This document shows positions 46,670 to 56,600 of a stretch of DNA of 64,000 nt, piece after piece. Below the pieces are notes generated by a model that saw only the letters and a program-made list of their open reading frames with translations, was not told the DNA's origin and did not search any database. A program made the position numbers and the translations under genes. Location of the stretch: positions 4,457 to 68,456 of IMG/VR virus record IMGVR_UViG_3300006201_000016; one strand, given 5' to 3'. The DNA comes from a virus. Position 1 is the first letter of the stretch. Each line of letters starts with the position of its first letter.

Positions 46670-47290
46670 TTGAGCTTTGCAGAAGAATTTAAAAAAATTT
46701 CTAAACAACCATACTTTCATAATATTATGCCTATAGACAATATTCCATCGGTAATTGCTCACGGTATATTATCACATAATAATGCTATAAAGTTCCAGCA
46801 TACATCAATCGCCATGCAAGATGTGCAAGAAAAACGTGATTGCACCATTGTACCAAACGGGCTCCCTTTGCACGATTATGCTAATGTATATTTTGATGCA
46901 CGCAATCCAATGATGTATAAACGCAGACAATATGCAAAAGATTTATGTGTACTCTGTATTTCACCAGACATACTGGATCTTGATGGCGTTGTTGTATCTG
47001 ATATGAATGCCGCTGCACTTGCAGTCCGTTTTCTTTCACCAGCAGAGATGACAAACAACCTTGATTTTGATATAATATATATAAAAGATTGGAATGATCC
47101 TAATATATACATAAAGCATGAATATAGTAAGAAAAAATGCGCTGAAGTTTTAGTTCCGAATGGTATATCGTTTGATTATGTATTTGGTGCATATGTTTCA
47201 AACAAAAATAATGCAAACCGTTTGACAGAACTCGGATTCAATAAAGAAATTCGCTATTATCCCGATATATTTTTTAATTACGGAGGTTAG
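46670..47290 (+). CDS. darT: DarT ssDNA ADP-ribosyltransferase toxin (DUF4433)
   Basis: N.PS...GILS, LHDYA.VYF.ARNPMMY, SD.NAA, KCAEVLV (catalytic Glu); TTG start after AGGAGG. Confidence 0.9.
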   Translation: MSFAEEFKKISKQPYFHNIMPIDNIPSVIAHGILSHNNAIKFQHTSIAMQDVQEKRDCTIVPNGLPLHDYANVYFDARNPMMYKRRQYAKDLCVLCISPDILDLDGVVVSDMNAAALAVRFLSPAEMTNNLDFDIIYIKDWNDPNIYIKHEYSKKKCAEVLVPNGISFDYVFGAYVSNKNNANRLTELGFNKEIRYYPDIFFNYGG

Positions 47291-47294
47291 AATT

Positions 47295-48404
47295 ATGTTA
47301 ATCAAAATAGGAAATATTTTTGAAAGTACTGCTTCTACCAAAGTTAATACAGTAAATTGTGTTGGTGTTATGGGAAAAGGAATCGCCCTTGATTTCAAGC
47401 GTCAATACCCTGACATGTATAAACAATATGTTCAATTATGTAAGGCTGGTAAAGTACATCCAGGCGAACCATATTATTATCAAGATTTGTTAGGTAATTC
47501 AATAATAAACTTTCCAACAAAGCAGCATTGGCGTTCTCCTTCAAAATTGTCTTACATCGTAAAAGGATTAAAATGGTTTCGTGATAACTATGAAGCGATT
47601 GGAATTACATCCGTAGCATTTCCCCCACTCGGATGTGGTAATGGTGGCTTAAACTGGGAGTTAGTAGGTCCCATAATGTATCGATATTTAAAAGATCTTC
47701 CTATTGATATAGAAATTTATGCACCTTACGGAACAAAAAGTGAACAACTCGCACTTTCTTATTTAGAAGAAAATTTAATTCATTCTCCTAAAGAAGTTTT
47801 AGGTGCGCAATCAATCAAATTTAATAGAAATTGGTTACTAATTCTTAAAGCGATAAACCAAATAAATGAAGGAACGCATGTACTTCATGTTGGCAGAACT
47901 ATAATGCAAAAACTCTGTTATATTTTAACCCTTTGTGGCGTTAAAACCGGCTTTGTTTTTGATAAAGGTATGTACGGTCCTTATTGCAAAGATGTTGAAA
48001 ACGCTATCACGGCTTTTGCAAACGCCAATCTAATTACCGAAGCAAATACTGGCAGAATGATTGAAATGAAAGTTACTGGAAATTTTAATTTTAACCCTTT
48101 AGAATTTTCATCATCAGATTTATGTGCTGTTGATAAAACCGTGGATCTCTTTGCACGCATACGCAATACAGATCAGGCTGAACTTTTTTCAACAATAATT
48201 TTCACATACAATACACTTGCAAGTAATTCAAATTCTGTTACAGAGCTCGATATTTTAGACTATATTCAAAATTGGAAGCCTAAATGGAAAACCGATAAAG
48301 TAATAGAATTACCCGATGCTATACGCACATTAGCTATATTACAATGGATTTTTCCTCTTTATAGTGAAGATTTAATGGTGTCTGAAGAATTATTATTATC
48401 GTAG
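47295..48404 (+). CDS. darG: DarG macrodomain antitoxin
   Basis: VNTVNCVGVMGKGIA, INFPTK.HW, PPLGCGNGGL, C-terminal QKL.Y...YGPY domain. Confidence 0.92.
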   Translation: MLIKIGNIFESTASTKVNTVNCVGVMGKGIALDFKRQYPDMYKQYVQLCKAGKVHPGEPYYYQDLLGNSIINFPTKQHWRSPSKLSYIVKGLKWFRDNYEAIGITSVAFPPLGCGNGGLNWELVGPIMYRYLKDLPIDIEIYAPYGTKSEQLALSYLEENLIHSPKEVLGAQSIKFNRNWLLILKAINQINEGTHVLHVGRTIMQKLCYILTLCGVKTGFVFDKGMYGPYCKDVENAITAFANANLITEANTGRMIEMKVTGNFNFNPLEFSSSDLCAVDKTVDLFARIRNTDQAELFSTIIFTYNTLASNSNSVTELDILDYIQNWKPKWKTDKVIELPDAIRTLAILQWIFPLYSEDLMVSEELLLS

Positions 48405-48441
48405 AAAACAAACGCCCCCTGCGCCAACAGGGAGCGAATGT
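48405..48441. repeat. Hairpin element flanking darTG, right copy
   Basis: AAAACAAACGCCCCCTG-CGCCAA-CAGGGAGCGAATGT. Confidence 0.8.
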
Positions 48442-48550
48442 AAAGGCTGTAATGCTACAACCAAAGAAACAAATATATTGTACCATTACAGCCCGAAAAT
48501 GTCAATATTCGGGCATTTTTATGCCTTTTTTTCAGAAAGGAGTAGGTACA

Positions 48551-49627
48551 ATGGCAAAAGCAAAGAAACTTCCGTCCGGTGCTTGGCGCGTCCAAGTGTA
48601 TTCGCATACGGAAATTATAAACGGAAAAGAGAAACGAATATACAAGTCTTTTACATCAAACTTAAAAGAATCCGCAGAGCTTATGGCGGCCGAATTTTTA
48701 TTAAAAAAGAAAACAAGCCACAATCCTTTGCATAAGGATAATATATTGCTCCGCAGCGCTATTGACAATTACATAACAGCAAATATCGGCATACTGTCCC
48801 CTACTACTATTAACTCATACAAGAAAATCAAAGAATTTGCATTTCAGGAACTCCTTGATTGCAATATATACGATATAACAAAGAATGATCTTCAGCTTGC
48901 AGTATCGAAGGAATCGCAGAGAAAAGCGCTACGTACAGGTAAGGTATTATCTCCAAAAACGGTAAAGAATGAATACGGTTTGATATCCGCCGTACTCAAA
49001 TACTATGACATATATTTTAATATCAACCTTCCAAAATCACCTGCAAAGTTTATCGAGCTTCCACCTGCTGAGACTGTACTCAATACTATACACAACACTT
49101 GGATTGAACTTCCCGCTATTCTCGCCTGTTGGCTCTCGCTCTCTATGTCTGAAATCCGCGGTATAAAATGCTCATCAATACGAAACGGAACACTTTATAT
49201 TGAAAATGTGCTCATTGATGCCGAGACTAAAAATATAAGCAAAGCAACAGGAAAAGCCGAGGCGCGCATTCGCAAACATAGAATACCGCCGTACATAATG
49301 GACCTTATCAAGCAGGAAGAAAGCTATAAGCAGTATAAATTAAAAGGAAAGGACGATTACCTTATACAACTTACATATGCGCAGATTTATAGCAGGTTCA
49401 AAAGAATAATGAAACAAGCGGGATATGATATGTCATTTCATCAGCTCCGGCACCTGAACGCTTCTGTAATGCTGCTTCTGAATGTACCTGAAAAATATGC
49501 AATGGAGCGCGGCGGCTGGAAAACACCTCACACAATGAAGCGTGTATATCAGCATACATTCAGCGATGAACGCGAAAGAGTTGACGATGTAATAGATAAC
49601 TTCTTTGAGACAATAATATCAGAATAA
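48551..49627 (+). CDS. int: Tyrosine integrase (phage B)
   Basis: Arm-binding KLPSGAWRVQVY, HQLRH, GGW, catalytic Tyr in RVYQH. Confidence 0.9.
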   Translation: MAKAKKLPSGAWRVQVYSHTEIINGKEKRIYKSFTSNLKESAELMAAEFLLKKKTSHNPLHKDNILLRSAIDNYITANIGILSPTTINSYKKIKEFAFQELLDCNIYDITKNDLQLAVSKESQRKALRTGKVLSPKTVKNEYGLISAVLKYYDIYFNINLPKSPAKFIELPPAETVLNTIHNTWIELPAILACWLSLSMSEIRGIKCSSIRNGTLYIENVLIDAETKNISKATGKAEARIRKHRIPPYIMDLIKQEESYKQYKLKGKDDYLIQLTYAQIYSRFKRIMKQAGYDMSFHQLRHLNASVMLLLNVPEKYAMERGGWKTPHTMKRVYQHTFSDERERVDDVIDNFFETIISE

Positions 49628-49868
49628 ATGCAACACAAAATACAACACGGAATTTATAATCATTGAAATTTCAACGATTATAAGCTAAGCGTATATGTTC
49701 GAATCCCACCAACTCCGCCAACGAAAACCCGTTCAAATGAGCGGGTTTTTTCATTATCCGTTGAAACTTCAACGATTTCGCCTTGTTCGTTTTCTTTCAT
49801 ATTTTTACATCTATTGCCGCTATTTATCGTATTTTTACAAAAATGCAACACGAAATGCAACACGAAAT
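49628..49868. mobile_element. Intact attP of the tyrosine integrase with a tRNA(Ser-type) 3'-end core
   Basis: Core GTTCGAATCCCACCAACTCCGCCA (49697-49720); ATRCAACAC arm-type pairs on both sides (49628/49640 and 49843/49855); TTGAAAYTTCAACGATT twice; terminator at 49724-49751. Confidence 0.8.
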
Positions 49869-49965
49869 CAGGAGTTTTTTACAAATATTCATTCAAATAG
49901 GACTATCGCACAAAAGCCTTTTTTGATATAATAAAGAAAAACTATCAAGTAAAAGGAGAAAACAA

Positions 49966-50592
49966 ATGAAGAGAATTTTATGTATTACACTTATTCTTAT
50001 TTTGGCGTGTAGCTCGTTCGCGCTTGGTGCTGTTACAATGACGAGCATAAACGTATCGCCGAACACTGCGAGAGTTTGCGTAAATGGCAAATTAGTTACA
50101 ACTGATAACTTTAATTATAATGGTACATTGTATGTTCCTCTCCGATCTGGCTTTGAAACAGCTGGCGCTACTGTAACTTGGGATAATGTACATAAGCAGG
50201 CTGGTATAAAAGTGCCGACCACTGATTATCTGTTTATGCGATTCATAAGAGTTGAGCGTTGCTCTAAATTCGCCCTCGACTACTTATACAAAGACTTTGC
50301 AACATATAAAGATGCCTATTTATCACTTGTCAAAGAGGAAGCTGATGTACTCTCAAAAGATATGGTATATATTGGAACGGTAGACGAATATGATATTGAC
50401 AAAAGAATATCAGACTGTATGACGACCTCTATGAATATATCATCAAAATATATGAAAGGTGAAATATCAGCGACAGAAGCTGGACGATTAGAACTTGCAA
50501 ATTACACCGAATTACAAAAAATAAAGACCGAGCTTGATAATAGGGTTCTCCAGCGGTATTTACGAGATCCTAATGCTCAGTATTATTGGTAA
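49966..50592 (+). CDS. Exported protein with copper-amine-oxidase-like N-terminal domain
   Basis: Signal peptide; VNG...NYNGTLYVPLR..ETAGATVTWD. Confidence 0.75.
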   Translation: MKRILCITLILILACSSFALGAVTMTSINVSPNTARVCVNGKLVTTDNFNYNGTLYVPLRSGFETAGATVTWDNVHKQAGIKVPTTDYLFMRFIRVERCSKFALDYLYKDFATYKDAYLSLVKEEADVLSKDMVYIGTVDEYDIDKRISDCMTTSMNISSKYMKGEISATEAGRLELANYTELQKIKTELDNRVLQRYLRDPNAQYYW

Positions 50593-50605
50593 AAAGTATA
50601 GAAAT

Positions 50606-50640
50606 AGAAAAGGTCTCGTTAAATCGCGAGGCCTTTTCTT
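50606..50640. terminator. Bidirectional terminator
   Basis: GAAAAGGTCTCG...CGAGGCCTTTTC between convergent genes. Confidence 0.75.
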
Positions 50641-50652
50641 ATCTTCATTCTG

Positions 50653-53600
50653 CTACTCCTCCATCGCCGCAAACGCCGCCAATATATCCTCATCGTCATA
50701 TCCTGCGTCGAGTAGCGGATAATACCATTCGAGAAACGCTTCCTTGTTTGCGCTTGTCGGATTCGCCGTATACTCACTGTATGCCTTGTACGCCTTTCCC
50801 ATAAGATATTTGCCCGACTTGTTCGAGCTGCAGTTTTTCTTTTTGAGCGCCTTATTTATATCAGTAGTGCTGTATCCCATAGCCTCAACTTCGGCAAACC
50901 TTTCGTCAAGCCTGCTCTGATACTCACGCTTACGTTCCGCCGTCCTCTCTTCTTCGGGCAGCCCGTTCCACTCAGCTATAAGCCCGCGCATATCCTCCAC
51001 TTCATTTGAAAGCGCCTCCCTCATCATAGACTTTTTTTTGCCGTCTATATACGTCTTCGAGATACCATTCGCAAGCATATCGTTGTATATCATCGTAGCT
51101 GCTTCTGTATCATCGTCCGACACTGCCTGAAAATATATCTTCATAAACTTGCTTCTGTTCTCAGAAAGACCGATATTGTTAAGCATCTTCGCTTTCGCAT
51201 ACTGCCCCTCGTACCAATCGGTCATATTGAATGTGGTATCGAGGAACGCTTCAAAATCTCGAAGCAGCGTCGCGGTCGGGATTCCCGTACACTTACCCGC
51301 CGAAGCGACGATGTCCTTATTTATCTTCGCCCAGGTAAACGGTTCTTCTTCTCCCTTAGAGAACGCCCAAAGATTCTTACCAAACCGCTGCAGTGCCGCA
51401 AAGAAATCCGCAACACCCGCAAGCTCCATTCTGTCTGTACCTTGCCCGCCCCAAACTTGAACGATAGTATTACTGAGAGGTTCTATCGCAATGGTATTCT
51501 CAATGAAGCGCCCCTTAAAAGTCTCTGCGAAAAGCTCAAGCCAGCCCTTATCATCATCTCTCATCTTGTTACGCAGCGTAGCAACAAGCGACGCCATAAA
51601 AGCCGCCGTCAGATTCGACATCACAAATCCTGTTACCGCGCGCGCAGCCTGCACTCTCGCCTCGTGTGTTCCCTCTTCTATCGCAGTACGGATCGAACTT
51701 CTCACAAGATTGTAATTCTTAAGAGGCTCACTCATAAAGGAAGTATACACTTTGGCGAATCTGTCGTTTGACCTCATCATATTTGAGCGATGCAGGGTGC
51801 TATCGACAACCTGCGTTCTGTCTATGATTTCCTCGAAACGCTCGGAGCAAGCCGCATAAAATTCCTCGCTGCCACGCGCAAGTTCGGGTCTTTTGTCGGC
51901 TATTTCAAACTCAACAGCATTCCAAAGCTTCCCCCAAGCGATATTATCCATAGCGCCGATAGGTTCAAAAAATTTATCGGTTAGACTTGACTTGTTAAGA
52001 CAAAGTGACTTAAGCTCGCGCCCTGTATTATTCGTAAAGAAGCCCCAATCTTTCCATTTTGCAATAGAACTGTACCTCTTCACTTTTTCATAGTCGCCTT
52101 TTTTCGCAGCACCTTTGGCGATATACTTTGCATCAATCATCGCATATGCTCTCGTAATCGCTGTTGGCTGTTGGAACATAACGGAAAGATTCCAGCCTAT
52201 CATCGCAGCTTTATAGTTGCGTAGCAATCTATCCACTATCGGTGTCGCGCTTTCGCCGCTCATTCCTCCATTAAGGTCTACCATAAGTTTATTTATATAC
52301 GCATTGGCACTCGTTCCAAATTTCTGCGTTATGAGCTGTTTTACAACCCCGTTTTCACTTTTATAGTTAAATATTCTCTGCACATCAGAGAATACGCCAA
52401 GATACGCATTGTATGTCGTCGCATTATCCATCGTTTTTGTAAAGACATCGAATATGTCGCTGAGCAATATAGGATTGTTTGCGCCCTTTACGGTTGCCTT
52501 AAACTGCCCCTTATTCTTAATGCTCGGTTCACCCGGCACAGCGCCGATCGCAGACGATACGAAATCATTGTCAGATTCAATCGGGAAATAATGCTTTTCC
52601 CTTGCCTTCATATATCCGAACACCTGCATAGAAGCCTCGTTTATTAAGTCTGTGCTGTCTGTGTTAAGAATGCGGCTTATACCGTCAGCAACTTTCTTCT
52701 GTTCTTCCGAAAGAGACGCAATTATATTCGCCACATCGCCGACCGTCACATTCACAGGCGCATTTGACGTATTACGCACCCTTATACCGCCCTCGTATAT
52801 ATGAGCCTGTGCCTGCTCTCTCTTATCGAGAAGATAGAGCGACATTACCTGCGTATCCGTGAGTTCTATCCTGTGCCCGCCGCCCGTTTTAAACACTTTC
52901 TTATTTTCTCCCCACTTCACGGCTTCCGTACCTTCCGTGAGCTTCTGCATTTTTTCTATACAGACTGCAAGCGCCTCAGTTTTTTTATTCTGTGCACGCC
53001 GCAGATCCTTGAAAATCTGTTTGCCCGTTTCGCCGAGCTCGTCGAAGAAATCAAGCGGATTTACGATGTTCATATTAAAGTGCCTGTCGATTTCAGATGT
53101 AACAGCATTACGTGCATCTTTTTTGTCTTTCTTCGCTTTGAGGTCCGATATCAGCGCTTCTCCCGTATCCGCGACACTCTGTGCCCTTCCCTCTGCGAAC
53201 CTCTTGTTTGCCGTAGATACGATAAATTTCACAGCTCTGCACGCCTGGTAAAGGTCTTCAACCTCGCTGTCCGTCATATCCGCTATCGCCTTATCGCCTG
53301 CTCTGTCAATAATTGATTGCAGCATACCGTCAAGATCGGCATCAATATTAACGAAAAACTCCGATTTGCCCTTTTCTATGTCGTTTGCTATACGCAGAAG
53401 TTTTCCCTGCAATCCTTCAAGTGCCTCTCTTGTGTGCGCGCCCTGCCTGTCCGTTCTAAAATCGAGCGCCGCGAAAAACTCTGCCACAGGGCTGCGCAAA
53501 GCCTCAGGTATATGCTTATTGTCTGTTGGATTTTGCAGCTTCCTTACCATATCCCGCGTAATCGCTTTTATCTGATTTATACGCACGCGCCTGTCAGCTT

Positions 53601-56600
53601 TGCTTTTGCGTTCTTTGTTCATATTGATATAGTAATCCTTCGCCTCGCGGACTTTTTTGTCACGATCCGCGCGCACCTTGCTGAGCGCTTCTTTCTTTCT
53701 CTGTGCGCTTTCTGCCTTTATCTTTGCAATCTGCTCATCTTTTCGCTCACGCAGCTCCTGCATTTTATTTGCATCTTTGATTTTCTGCCTTTCGAGTTTA
53801 TCTGCTGCATTATCAGCAAATGTCTTTTTCGCCTGCGGCACATCGAAGAATTTTTCGAGGATATCAAGCGAGAGCATTTCAACCGCCTCATCATAAAAAT
53901 CGCCATATGGATTCTCGTATACAGGAGCAAGTCTTTCGAGCACATCCCTTATGGCTATAAGCTGCTCGGCAGGATTGGCGATACCCGCATCAAATAGCTC
54001 CGGATATTCTTCACAAAGTCCCGCATAAAATTCGTCAACCGAAAGGTTTGCATCGTTCACCAGCTTTATACTACCGAAGTTTGCTTTTCTGAAATCGTTA
54101 TAGCTGCCTTCATAGTATGCAAGCTCTTTTCTGTCAGCTTCAGCAAGCGTTATCGGCGTATTCCTGACACTGTTTATAAGGTCTGCGTAGCTATCCTGCA
54201 TTTCCGTGTTAAGCACCTCAGAAGCCGAGACAATATCCTCCGCAAGGAATGTCGCTCTCGCCTTGATATTACTATAATCAGTATCACTTCCGCCCATATT
54301 TTTATATATGGAAAGGAGCTCATCTGTTACATACGAGCTTTCGATACCCGAATTGTACTCACGCACAAGCTCTTTCGCATACTGTTCTGTGACCTTTCTG
54401 TCTACTTCCGTTCTGTCCGAACGCTTAACCTCACGACGCGCCCTTTCAAGTTGCTCACGCAGTATGTTATTCTCGCGCGCAAGACGCTTGTATGACTTCT
54501 CCTCATCGCTTTTTTTGCGAAGCGAAAAACGAATATCAGCATCATTTGTCGGCTTCTTGTTATCCACATTCTTTATTTGATTTGCATTAAATGCAATTAT
54601 GTGTACGGTATCCTCGTCAATGTTCATTTTGTTTATCCTGTTTGATTTTGACCCCCACTTTTCCGCCACAGTCTTGTCAATTATACCGTCGTAACCTAAA
54701 GCCTCTACAACAATTCGTGCAACTCCGTTGCCAACAGCGTTCCCATCTTCGTCCTCTATGTACAATTCATTGATGCGCGTTTTCAATTCTTCATACGTTA
54801 TACCGCCGTCATAATACGCTTCCGCGAGAATCCCCGTAACGTCAGATGTATCTTGAATAATCGCCTCTAAGGCATACGATACATTTTCAATATCGTCTTC
54901 CAGCACAGCTTCCACATCTCCGTAATAGTCATCTTCGTTTTCATAATCATCTATATCGTATAGCTCTGCATACTCCTCTCCCGACAGCAAGACAGTCCCG
55001 TTATTTTTGTCGACAATTACAGGATTTTTGATATTGAGATACACTTCATATCGCCCGAAAGTCTTTATATACTTTTCCTTTGATATTTCAAGCGCCTCGT
55101 CATAGTCAATATCTTCATTGTTGCTTAGTCTTTCAGCATATAACTCTATTTTGGCTTGCAGATCAGCGCTTTCTTCGCTTGCATAATTGTCATCTGCATC
55201 ATATATCATATTTGTAAAATAGAATCCAGCTCCATTATCACCCTCTGGATTCGCATAACTCCTGTCAAACACAGTAAAGCCATCGTTTGGCGTGCCGTGA
55301 TACATTACAAGCAAATTACCGTTTTCATCGCGCGCTTTACTATCCTTGAAATATTCTGCCTGCTCTTCCGTGAGGTTTCTACCGTTACTATCTCTTAGTG
55401 AAAATTTCTTGTTGCTTTTTGCGTCTTCGTTGGATATACTATCAGTAGAAGAGTTTTTCTCTCTGCTACCGTTCTGCGGTATTTCAGAAGAAAGGCTCTT
55501 TTTTTCAATTTGTATAGGCTGCAGTTTTATAATATCGTATACTTTCATTCCGCCGTTATTCTTACCGCCAACAAGCACTTTTGCAGTATAATCATTTTCT
55601 CCAACTGTAATCCTGACATTCGCTGTTGCAAAATCAATAATTGCATCCTTTCTCTCGTGACCTATATCTTCATTGATCCAGTCAGAAGCCGCCGCTATTA
55701 TCTCATCGATATTGTTCGTCGCACGCATTTTGTCAGCATATCTTTCGTTTTGTCTTCTCCTTATACGCTTTGTATATTCCGAGCTTGTCATCTCCCTTCT
55801 GCTTTGCCCGTCAATGTCAAGGTGCTGACCTTTTACATCTATGCCATTTGGATACTTTTCTTTAAGATTATCTCGGACAGTTCTTATCCAATCACTTCTA
55901 TCTACACCATCCAAAATATCCTCTTCAATCTCAACGAATGGCTTGTTGTCGGCATCGTATCGTATGGACTGCTTCGTGTCGTCGTTTGCCTTCTTCATAC
56001 TCTGCGTATTATCAAGCATTTCAAGCCACATCTTCTGTGCGTCTGTAAGCACGGAAATATCCGCGGCAGATACTATGCCGCGCACCTTGGCAATAAAATC
56101 TTTGAGTAAGTCGAGCAGCTTCTGCGCAAGTGTTCTGTCTGCTCCAACAAGGCGTGCAAATTCAGCCTCGTCTGTAAAGAGGTTTTCCGCATACTCAGCA
56201 ACGATTTCCTCTATGGCAACCTCATCTGAAATCTCGACACCGCTTTCTCTGTATGTCGCTTTTTTCCCCTCGATAGTATTACTTATATCTTCCTGCGTCA
56301 TCTCACCCATTACATACCGTTCAAAGGCATCGTAAAGCTCTGGCGATATCTCTTTAAGATTATGCGTAATCTCGTGTCTCGCAACCACCAGAAGCGGATC
56401 TGTTGCGTCTGCCGCGATATGGATTTCTCCGTTTTCATAAAAGCCGTTTGCTTCGAGCGTGCTTTCTATGACAATCTTCGTTCCTGTCTTCTCTGCGAGC
56501 TTTTCAAGCGTTGATTTTGTCTCTCTCGAAACTTTATTTCCGTATGACATATCAACGACGCGACCCTCATTCGTCTTTTCGTCCGCCAGATTGCGCTTTC

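Noticed and set aside
16032-49627. A single linear integrated prophage
   Set aside because: It lacks adaptor and nozzle genes, is bounded by two different intact attP-like sites, and has no host DNA or matching attL/attR
49650-49720. Complete tRNA gene
   Set aside because: Only the T-loop to CCA end is present; the upstream bases (ATATG) cannot form the T-stem or acceptor stem, so it is an att core
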